Shown here one piece after another: positions 48,901-58,461 of a stretch of 64,000 nucleotides of DNA. Both the position numbers and the translations under genes were made by a program. How positions within the stretch are numbered: position 1 is the first letter of the stretch; the number at the start of each line of letters is the position of its first letter. The notes below the pieces were generated by a model. It had not been told where the DNA came from. It searched no databases and was given only the letters and a program-made list of their open reading frames with translations. The stretch comes from Lepidodermella squamata (lineage: Eukaryota; Animalia; Gastrotricha), in assembly GCA_047495785.1 (NCBI GenBank), contig JBLDXI010000029.1, positions 930,001 to 994,000 of the forward strand, read 5' to 3'.

Positions 48901-49724
48901 GTCGACAGGCGCTCGCGGACAGAAACGATTGTATCGACACGAAAAACCCATTTACCGGGTTGGCCTATATTGGAACTCCTAGCTAGTTGCGTTATATTTC
49001 TCGTGCAAGATGTTGGAAAAGCGAAAAAGGTCTTGCCATCGCCCTTATCAAATCCGACCTTGGCAGAGGTTCCACCCTTGCCCGTACATTGCTCGCCGCC
49101 ACTCGCCGCCCCCGTTGTCCACTTTAACTGTTGATAGTTGAACACTACAAAGGTCATTTCGCCATCACTAGTTAGGACTGTTTGGAAAGTGTTTCGAGGG
49201 ATCATCGACGCGTTTCCCTTGAATGCGGAACAGCGTGATGCCCCATAGTAAGTCACATTGGCCCATGTTGCAATGAAAACCTGTTTCGGAGTAAAGACCG
49301 ATTCTGGATAGGCTCTCTTGATGTCTAACTCCAGCTGGATAGACATGTTTCGCGGGAGAGATTCGGTTAGGCGATAGTAAACGGCGCCTGTTTCCTCCGG
49401 GTCAAATTCGGCAGTATTTACATCGGCCCAAAACGCGGCTATCATACGGCTATCTGCTTCTATAGGACCACATATTGGAGTGTAAGTTGATATGCCGTTT
49501 TCAAAAGTCAGCGCGCCGTTGATATTCACAAATACTTTGGTTTCACGGCGGCCCAGGAATGGAAAATCGAATGGTGCCAAGTTGACGGCTTCTGAATAGT
49601 AGTCGTCATTGCCTGGTAATTTGGTATCGCCAGCATTGTTGCCGAAGGGCAACAGTTGAATAGCTGAAACGCTATGGTAGGCGAAACAGAGGAAATAGAA
49701 GATAACACATATATCAATTGACAT
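45993..49724 (-). CDS. Secreted NIDO - Sushi - unknown insert - VWD - Sushi x2 protein (SUSD2/Mesh-like parts), 3 exons (49724-48563, 48368-47602, 47543-45993), about 1,159 aa
   Basis: Signal peptide MSIDICVIFYFLCFAYHSVSA; NIDO (IAAFWADVNT, NTFQTVLTSDG, SNIGQPGKWVFRVD); CCP modules; VWD with GDPH (GDPHISTFDG...GLMGNFNGNPKDD). Exon lengths sum to a multiple of 3. Confidence 0.85.
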
Positions 49725-50166
49725 TTTTTTGAACTGAAGCTTGAGGCTTGACCTGTACACTTACTGGCGTCATCGTACATTTTTTGCTAATTATGGATTG
49801 CTCACACTTGGAGCAATAGCTGTGTGATCCGCGTACAGAGCTCCACACAACAGCTGCTGGCTTGCTGATGCGTGAAGCCGCTTGGCTGCCGGTGGCGGCA
49901 TTGTGATGCGCCGCTGGAGTCGTAGCCATTGCCTGTAAGTGCGCGCGAGTGAGTGAGTGGTGCTGGTGTCGATGGCAGTCAGCCGGGGGCGGCAGCTGAA
50001 TATGCAGCAGCAGGAGAAGACAGCAGAAGATAGACAAATTATGCTGCGTAGGCTGTTGATAGATCCAAGCCGTGTGATGAAGCTAAATGTCGAAGGGCAT
50101 AAATAAAGAGTAGAAGAGCATAATGAGTAAAACAGAGATACACCAAAGCCCTGAGTGTTTGGCAGG

Positions 50167-50241
50167 TCAACGGCCGAAAAGCCAACTATTTATTGACAGT
50201 TAGTCAAGTGCGGCCAAGTTCGCGCTCGGAGTAAGTCACCA
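50167..50241 (-). pseudogene. Internal fragment of a U3 snoRNA paralog (box B to the start of box C)
   Basis: Reverse complement of 50191-50227 matches 56811-56847 at 35/37 nt; the flanking TGGTGACT and TCGGCCGTTGA are also shared. Confidence 0.75.
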
Positions 50242-50261
50242 GTCAATTCAGATTACAATTA

Positions 50262-50433
50262 GGAAATTTACAGGAAATTTACAGGATGCAGGAATACTGC
50301 CAATATTTTCATAATTCGAGAACAATATTTTCAGTTTTTCAATTTTTTAATTTTATTCTCAAATTGTATAATGAATTTTGAAAAATATAAAAGATTAATT
50401 GGAATTTTTTGTTTCAGGAATACTGGTCTGATC
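50262..50433 (+). repeat. Diverged copy of the intron-5/exon-6 junction of the TIR-NB-ARC-ANK gene (42275-42453)
   Basis: Shared CTGCCAATATTTT, TTCTCAAATTGT, AAAATATAAAA, and identical TTTTTTGTTTCAGGAATACTGGTCTGATC. Confidence 0.8.
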
Positions 50434-51345
50434 AAAATTAATTAAGCAAAATTGAGCAGTTATTTCATTCGATCAATCAAGTGTGTAGCGTCGCAATTTA
50501 GATCTTCCCGAACTTTCGATTGATCGTGTAGCCAGAAAAGTGGGTGACCTGACCGCCGTTGGGAGCCCAAACAGCGACAATAACGAAATGATTGCCGACA
50601 TCGGCGATAAATGGACATGCCGGATCGGCGGCCTGCTGGAAGCCGGCCAGGTGCAATCAGCTGAACCGTTCAGGTGAGCTTTAATGTTGGCTTCATTCGG
50701 CTCCCGATTCTTCAAAACGAGAACACACAAAACTGCGCAACCTAAAAACAGGTTAAGATAACTGATATTTAGAATTTAGAAGCTAGCAGATTGGGAGCTT
50801 TCTACCTTTGGCACATGCCCAACGGCCACTTCCTGTATAGCTAGTTCTTTGCGGCTTGCCTTTCCAGTGACCGGAGCACGTAATGCTGAGCGTATTTCTG
50901 ATCGTAAGGCGTTGCTGGTATAGGTTGCAAACTTGCGCACAGTATACAGATATGAACTAAAGGTATATGTGGGATTCACTATTAGACTTCAGCTAATGAT
51001 CGTTTGATGTAGCTCCAGCAGTACGAGCTTTGTAATGCGCAGATTCTATCGAACGATCATTCGGTAGATGAGCCTTCATTGTGGACGCAAGATGAGCCAT
51101 ACAGAAATGACGCGATGTTGTGATTCATCTTACGATAAAACTATTGATCACATGCTGACGAACATGCTTCCATCAACGAGATTTTGTATGCCAAAATGAG
51201 TTTCTATGCGGCTCGCGTTCGATTCTCGTCGAAACGATTTGTAAACGATTTTTTCAAAAAGATGTAGACTATGCAAATTGTTTGCCTGAATCCGATACTT
51301 CTCATTCGACAACGCGCTCGAGCTGGCTGGCCCTCCTTCATTTCT

Positions 51346-51376
51346 AAGATCATACTTCTTGGGATCAATACTTTAT
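51346..51376 (+). ncRNA. U3: U3 snoRNA 5' end (box A' and start of box A), cut off by the LINE insertion
   Basis: AAGATCATACTTCTTGGGATCA resembles the conserved U3 5' end AAGA(C/U)(U/C)AUACUU...GGAUCA and lies exactly at the 5' flank of the LINE. Confidence 0.75.
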
Positions 51377-51428
51377 TGATACCGACGGCGACGATGACGA
51401 GGATGACGATGAAGACGAAGATGGCGAA

Positions 51429-52928
51429 ATGGAGTGGACAACTATCAACGAAAACTCGAAGTCCAAGTTCCGTATCGTGATAGTCGACGGAATATCGCCG
51501 ATTTTCTCGACCATCTACATGTGCCTAAGAGAACTGAACCGCGTGGCCCCAGACGTGAAACATGTTCGTGTCTGGGTGTATCCCCGTGGCGCTTTTGGCA
51601 TGCTCTGCAAGGATTTAGCCAGCGTCAACGCCGTCTTGAGCAAGGCCAACTGGCCTGAGAACGCCTTTGGCGGGAGAGCCCGACCACACAGGCCATCCAA
51701 GGTAGAGATTGATGAGGCACCAGGTGCCAAAGCGGTGTTGGAAGCGCAAGTCCCAACCGGCGAGCAAGCGGCGCGCATGGAAGCTCGAGCCAAGCATTTG
51801 GACGAAGACCGGCGTAAAGCCGTGTGTGTCAACTTCTTCGACGGGGCCTCTGTTGACGACATCCTCGACGGTTGGGAAGACGTCGTAGATCAGGTCTGGC
51901 CTATTAAAGGCACTACGACGTGCTTCGGGGTCCTCTGCAAATCGGTGCGTCTCTGTGAGGAACTCGTGGCCAGAGGGCGCGACTTTCTTGGCCTCCGCAT
52001 AGCCGCTAGGGTGTGGCGATCCGACCCAGAGGTAGAGATATGCGGCAGGTGTCTCAACATCGGCCATCTCACTGGGAACTGTCGAGCAGCTCTCCGGTGT
52101 GCTACTTGTGGGCAAGAAGGCCACGACAGCAGTAGTTGCAGGCAACAGGCGAAGAGGTGTGCAAGGTGTGATGGAAGTCATTCCGGCTTCTACAGAGGTT
52201 GCCGTATCGTTAAGAACGAGGCCGAGCGTCGCCGCAAAGCCGATGAAGCCGAAGCCAGAGCCATCCGGAACCGAAGTGCCGGCGACGCCACCCTCCGAAA
52301 TGGCATGTCATTCGCAGGAGCGACCGGAGGAAGACCAGTACCGCCACCAGTACCACCACCAGTACCGCCACCAGCACCACCAGGTTTCGAAGGATCTCAG
52401 CCCAACCCAGGGCTAGCAACTCGCAACATTCAGCCGAACGACTCGCTATCAACAGCTGAGCGATCTGAACTAACAGCCTTGCGCTTCAGCGTAGCCGCAC
52501 AGGCGGCTGAAATTGACCGATTGAACAACTCCGTCGAGCGCCTCACTGCCGCACTAGAGAGGCTGATGAATCAAGGTCTGCCAGCGCCACCAGTAGTCGC
52601 AGCACAGCCTTTTCCGACACAAGAGATGGAGGATAGGCTGTTCAATAGGATTATGGACGCCTTCAACCGGGCCAAGATCGCAGGTGATATGCGGGCCCAA
52701 GCGTTCCCACAGCATATCATTGCTCGCCCAGCCATGATGGCTTCGCCGAACATGGCCGTCCAATCTCCTTCGCACTACAGCGTCGAAAATCAAACTTCAC
52801 CACCCTTTCAATGGGACGCTGGTCAGCTTGGTCAACCCATGGTGATCCAGTCGCAGTTCAGCCAACAGCCTACTTTCGTTCAGCGACCATTCTCTGGAGT
52901 GCCCCTTCAATACTCCAATAATGCCTAG
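51429..52928 (+). CDS. LINE ORF1 (gag-like nucleic acid chaperone)
   Basis: Three knuckles CGRCLNIGHLTGNC, CATCGQEGHDSSSC, CARCDGSHSGFYRGC, then a Pro-rich linker and coiled coil. Confidence 0.92.
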   Translation: MEWTTINENSKSKFRIVIVDGISPIFSTIYMCLRELNRVAPDVKHVRVWVYPRGAFGMLCKDLASVNAVLSKANWPENAFGGRARPHRPSKVEIDEAPGAKAVLEAQVPTGEQAARMEARAKHLDEDRRKAVCVNFFDGASVDDILDGWEDVVDQVWPIKGTTTCFGVLCKSVRLCEELVARGRDFLGLRIAARVWRSDPEVEICGRCLNIGHLTGNCRAALRCATCGQEGHDSSSCRQQAKRCARCDGSHSGFYRGCRIVKNEAERRRKADEAEARAIRNRSAGDATLRNGMSFAGATGGRPVPPPVPPPVPPPAPPGFEGSQPNPGLATRNIQPNDSLSTAERSELTALRFSVAAQAAEIDRLNNSVERLTAALERLMNQGLPAPPVVAAQPFPTQEMEDRLFNRIMDAFNRAKIAGDMRAQAFPQHIIARPAMMASPNMAVQSPSHYSVENQTSPPFQWDAGQLGQPMVIQSQFSQQPTFVQRPFSGVPLQYSNNA

Positions 52929-55903
52929 TCTTAGTACACTTAGAAAAAGTAGAATCATCGTAATCCAGTGGAATTGCCAGGGCATCAAGGCGAAAAGAGC
53001 TGAACTTCTCCACATTATAGAGCAATATGGGCCTAATGTCATCCTGTTAAACGAGACATGGCTAAAGTTCGGCGAGAAATTCGACCTCCCTGGCTACACT
53101 GCTTTCCGCGTAGATAGACTAGGTGCGTCCGGGCTAAACTGTGGCGGCGTCGCAATCTTCATTAGTCAATCAAAGCCAATACTAGATTGTGCCGAAGTAA
53201 AGTTTGCGCCAGCCTCTAGAGGCGAGTGGCTTGCAGTTGAGCTGCTAGTAGGCGAAGTCAACGCCTCAACGAGAATTACGATTGCCACAGGGTACAATCC
53301 TTCAAATAGCCCATTAGACACATCTTTCATTAGAGAGGTCTTGAGTGATCCGTCTACAAACTCGATCTTCGCTGGCGACTTGAACGCCTGGGCGGAGGAG
53401 CTAGGTTGCGCGGAATGGAACGTTCAGCGAACGGGAAGTGGCGGGCTCTTTTCGGAGTTCCTAAAAACCTCCCCTGTGGTATTGCATAGCTCACCAACTG
53501 CTCCCACGCGGTTCAGGGAAGGTCACGTGTCGCGAGTCTTAGATGTGTGGCTAAGTTCACTGGCTGGTGATAAGTGTTTCAACCGTGCGCCTGCTGTTCT
53601 AGATTGGGTTCCTTCGAAGCGATCATGCCGTCACTATCGCGGGCCTCACACTCGTGCTCCCGGAGCGGAACTCCTGTTCACCGTTGGCCAATGCCTCGGT
53701 GCCGGCAGCCGCTCGGGACGTTCGTTTCGACTTTTTGAACGCCGACTGGCCTGAATACCAGAGAGTATGCGCGGAGAAGATAGCGCCAGTCGTTCGCCCA
53801 AAAGGCGGGGACTCGGTCAGGGCGCTGGACGTCTTCGCCGCAAGTATCTCCGAGGTAATAATGAGTAGCGCGAAAACCACGCTAACTCGTGTGCCGGTGG
53901 CTAAATTGCCTAAGGTACGTCTAAGCCACGCTGTAAAGCGGGCTATCGAGGCAAGGAATCGGTGTGACAGGAAAAATCGGAACGAACGCTCTGCTGCGTC
54001 TAAAGCGGCTTTAAATGCTGCGACACGGCAGGTGGCGCGAGAGGTCGCGTTAGAGGCGGATAAAAAATGTCGGCGACGGTTGAACCACATAGCACAGCTT
54101 TTTCAGGCGCAGCAAGCTGCCCTGGCGTGGCATCACGCACAGCGTATTTTGGGGGAATCGAAAGGCTCGCAACGCGTGATCCCCACCCTTGAATTAGCGA
54201 ACGGGAAGAAGGTGACTGCAGACCCAGAGAAGGCGAGGGTTTTTGCTGAAAATTGGGCGCCGACGTTCCAGGCCGCGCCTCGTAGCTCACCGCACCAGGC
54301 GGACCAAGAATTTTGGGACTCGATCGACCAAGCATGCGAGGTAGACGAAGAGCTCAACGCCTCTCTAACAATACCAGATAAGTTAGAGGTCATGATTTCT
54401 AGGAACGCCTTCAACTCCCAGCTTGCCCGGTTGAAGCTTAAAGCTCCTGGGGAAGATGGGATCCTCAACCCGTTGATTAAGAACGCCCCACCACCTCTCC
54501 TAGAGGCTATCCTTCTCCTGTTTAATTTATCTTTGAACGCCGGCTATCTGCCAGCTGCTTGGAAAATTGGAATTGTGGTACCGGTGCCCAAGGCGGGGAA
54601 ATCCCCACGGTCCCTGGATGGGTATAGGCCAGTTTCCTTAACCAGCTGCATGGCAAAGCTTCTGGAGGCCGTCGTGGCTGGGTTCATTCTCGAGTTCTGC
54701 TTGCGGAACAAGATTTTGACGCCGAGCCAAGTCGGGTTCCAGAAGTGGCTGTCAGTTTTGGATGCCATCCTCAGGCTTATGCACGACATCACAGACGGTT
54801 TCGTGCATAAGGATGAGTTGGGCAGACCCGATAAATTAACTACAGTTGTGGCGTTCCTAGACTATAAGGCAGCTTTTGATTCCATATGGCACAACGGTTT
54901 ACGCATGGTCTTAAAAGGCCTTGGCCTACCCGTGGCCGTTGTGCGATGGATCTCAGATTTTTTACGCGACAGGCGTATGCGAGTCAGAGTAGGTGATAGC
55001 TGTAGTGAGGATGTCGAAGTAGCTTGCGGAGTCCCTCAGGGATCACCATTATCCCCGATACTCTTCATCATCTACACATCTTCGTCCCTCCCAGCGGAGG
55101 TAGACAAGGACGACGCCCTCAAGAGAACTGCCGCGGCGGCATACGCCGACGACCAGGCTGTGTGGGCTACTGGGCGACCGGCCCCACTCGCAACTGCTCG
55201 TGTCCAAGCGGCACTTCGGGTCACAGAACGCTGGTCTCAGCGCTGGAGACTTGACCTGAACCCGAGGAAGTGCGAGTGGGTCGCATTCGGCGCCAACGTC
55301 AACCACACAGCTGGTCAACTCCAGTTGGGAGGCATCTGCCTGCCTAGAGTGCAACAGTTCAAGTACCTAGGTGTTTGGCTGTCCAAGCACTTGTGCTGGA
55401 CGCCGCACTTAGAGCACGTCAGCGCACGAGCCCTTCCTCGTATTTTCGCCCTTTTTCGTGGCAGGGTAAAGACTCACCCCACCTTGGGTCTCCTGTTCTA
55501 CAAGAGCGTCATCCGGCCGCTGTTGGAATTCGGTGCCCCGGCGTTCGCCAACTCGAAGCCACAGTTCATCGAAAAACTGGCGGTCTTAGAACGGCGGGCC
55601 CTTAAGATCATCTTGGGTCTCCCACGCCGGTGCCCGAATGAGATCTATCAGCGGCGGTTGAAGGCCACTTTTCCGGAGTTCCAGCTGATCGAAGAACGTT
55701 TGTCCACCCTATCGTTCAACTGCTTCAACAGGGCGCTTGAAGCAGGTAGCGTGCTAGGCGAAATAGTTCGTCAGAGTCGCGATAGGCCCGTGCCGGAGAG
55801 TATATCCCCAGTGCGTTTCTTTCTTGACCATCTATTGGGAGCTGGGCCTCTACCTTCGGTTCGATCGTCCTTTGATCGACTTCCAGCGATCCTAGCAGTT
55901 TAG
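52921..55903 (+). CDS. LINE ORF2, AP endonuclease plus reverse transcriptase, with one +1 frameshift at approx. 53603-53617
   Basis: IQWNCQG, LNETWL, AGDLNA, RVLDV, then SDH in the next frame. RT motifs KAPGEDG, YRPVSLTS, FLDYKAAFDSI, GVPQGSPLSP, YADD, KYLGV. Confidence 0.93.
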
Positions 55904-56723
55904 GCTGTTGTCGGGTGTTAGAGGCGGCAAGCCAGCGGCGGGTGGCGGTCCACGGAAGCAACGACCCGAGCGCAGCTTGTCGCGGGGAGGGCAGGTTCGT
56001 TGCGGGTGGCGATGAGAGCATCGCTCCCTGCACGGCCGGACCTTTCCGGTTCCTGACTAGTGGCGGATAGATGCTATCTGTGCGCTGTAGGTTCCCTCTC
56101 AGTTCCTCTCTTCTATCTTATTTCTTTCTCTAGTCCCCTAGGTCTTTTCAAATTATCTTTTCAAAATCTCTATGTATGTGAAAGGCAATCGGTTCGGGTC
56201 CGGTTAAATCGTATTTTGTTATGTGCCGCAAGAGGCCCCGGTTCGAGTCCGGCTATGTTTTCTGTTTTCTTGTCCTAGATCTTAGACTTTTTAAAAGTGA
56301 ATTGTAATGCCGAGGCATGGTCCTTAAGGCATGTTCTTAGTTTGCGGATCGTCGATCCTGGTAGCAGTTGGGCCTCGGGTGGCGGCACGCACCAAACGGC
56401 GGCCCGAGGCGATGAGTGGTTGGTTCCTTTTGGTGGCTGATGGACTATCTGTAGATTTTCGTCGATGCAGGCAGCGGTTGGGCCTCGGGTGGCGGCACGC
56501 GCAAAGCGGCGGCCCGAGGCGTTGGCTTGGAAGTATTCCCGTATTAACATTATAATGAACACTGTATATTTATAGTTATTTGTCATTCTGTCGACCTCGC
56601 TTAATACGCGGAGCCGTAGCTGTGTATATTCAATTTGCTAACACTGAGGGGCCACTAACAGCCCGGTAATCTCCTATTTAGCCTGCGGGCTGAGGAATTG
56701 TTTTTCTAATTTACCTAATAAAC

Positions 56724-56937
56724 CAACACTTCATATTAAGTTTTGCCCCAACGTCAGCCTCATCTGACGACAAACCCAAACCGCGATGACGAGACGTGGT
56801 GACTGGCCCTGAGCGCGAACTTGGCCGCACTTGACTGGCTGTCAATAGCCGGTCTCGTCGGCCGTTGATGAACGTTCCGGGATGGTGGCTCCTTAACTGG
56901 GGCCACTTCCGGAGGGGTCAGTCGCTTTCAGAGCGGC
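56724..56937 (+). ncRNA. U3: U3 snoRNA 3' portion (hinge, boxes C', B, C, D)
   Basis: AAACCGC-GATGA (C', 56785-56789), TGAGCGCGAA (B, 56810-56819), TTGATGA (C, 56865-56871), CAGA in place of CTGA (D, 56929-56932), closing stem CCGC/GCGG, long stem GACTGGCCC/GGGTCAGTC. Order and spacing match metazoan U3. Confidence 0.85.
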
Positions 56938-57212
56938 TCTTTAAAACATATGAATAATGTAGCTCTAGTGTAGATATGGAAATTCAAAACCACGGGGTTA
57001 GAGCCTATCGCGACCCTTGAACGTTCACCTACAACCCTACCAAAGCTAGTAAAAAATTATAATTTAAATAAATTTGAAATATTCAGAATATTGGTATCAT
57101 TTCAGCAAAAATAGATCGAACGATTGCTGCTGAAGACGGTAAACGGCCGAGATTTGGAGTAGCTATAATATCCAAAGCTGGTCAATGCTATATTCAAAAT
57201 ATTCAAAACATT

Positions 57213-57294
57213 CGCTGCCAGTAGGATTTGAACCTACGCTCGGAGACCGCATCTGATTTCAAGTCAGACCCCTTAACCACTCGGGCATAGCAGC
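57213..57294 (-). tRNA. tRNA-Ser(TGA), second copy
   Basis: Identical to 10886-10967 except for one substitution in the variable arm (57240). Confidence 0.92.
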
Positions 57295-58461
57295 TTGGCT
57301 GATGACAGAAATTTTGAAGATCCTGAAGACTGAGAATGTAATGTCTATGAATACTCGCGAGCTAACGATGACGAGCCGTCACAGCTCTGCTAATTAGGTC
57401 TGCATTCAGTCCGACTAGTCGGTTATTGAGGAGAGGAAACGGCCGTTCGAATGGTCAGACCAACAAACATTTGGCTTTAGAATTGCCTTCAGGTTTCCTT
57501 CATAATTGAGAGATTTTTTTCTACCCTAGATCGCGGAAAACTCATTTGAACAACATTGGGGTGAGAATGGCTAATTCAGAATCGCTCGATTCTGCAACCC
57601 GGATTGTGGCATATAGAATCGGCCTTGGAAGTCAGAGAGCTGCCATCTATGTCTCGAGCAATCTTCGCTCGGCAGCCGGAGCCAAAGCTGGTTTGTCTAG
57701 CTCGTGAAACCAACGCAATACAGCTTAACCATTAGGTACATTTCTGTTCTCAGCGGTGCTAAAAATAATTATTAGGACCTGTGAAGGAAAAACAGCCTTG
57801 TATTACGATGAATTCTCTAGTCACTGCCGCCTTTTCGTTTCGTAACTTCGTGAAGTTCTGTAACTTACATTCATTTTCTCCCTTTTCAAAAATAAATGTC
57901 AATTTTTGTGGTAAACGGATTATTTTGTGATGAACCTGCGTTTTGCTCCTCCACTGCTAGGCGTTTTAATTCCCATGTTCCTTGCATATTAATAGCTTCA
58001 TTATGACAGAAGTGGTACACATAATAGAAACGGCGGAAGTGCTACTTTACGGCTAATTGTTTTCCGGAATACCCGTGTGCGTCAGCAAAATTTGATGACC
58101 CTCAATAATGCTTCGCATATTACCCTAAAAAAGGCTGTTCATGTTCATAAAAATTTTATTTGAGATCTTGCAACAACACTATTATGCACGTCAAGTGAGT
58201 GCAGCGTTTAGTATATACCCACATCAAAAAATTCGTTGCACAAAAGCTTTACATTTTTCTTCGAGCAGCGCGATTTAGATCGATCAACTCTCTCGTATCA
58301 TGAATTATTCACATATGCGTTAAGCCTAGACATAAAAATCGGCTGCGTAGCCGCCCCTCATGCTGTGCTAATGGACTTTTTTAGTTTTTCCACCAACTGA
58401 CACAGCCGGATAAAAAAACGAAGGTACGAATAGGAATAAATGGCCGCTGACGTTATCGCTG

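Larger units (their letters stand above)
51377..56723 (+). mobile_element. Non-LTR retrotransposon (LINE; I/Jockey-like group), approx. 5.35 kb, inserted in a U3 snoRNA gene
   Basis: ORF1 with CCHC knuckles, ORF2 with APE and RT, and an approx. 820-nt 3' UTR ending in AATAAA (56717-56722). Bounded by the two halves of U3. Confidence 0.92.

Noticed and set aside
56180-56260. tRNA gene or SINE head in the LINE 3' UTR (GGTTCGAGTCC)
   Set aside because: Only a T-arm-like hairpin is present; no acceptor stem, D arm or A box could be built.
50167-56868. Inverted repeats flanking the LINE read as TIRs of a composite DNA transposon
   Set aside because: The right-hand copy is the internal box B-C region of a U3 snoRNA and the left is a U3 fragment. 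There is no TSD and similarity does not define element termini.
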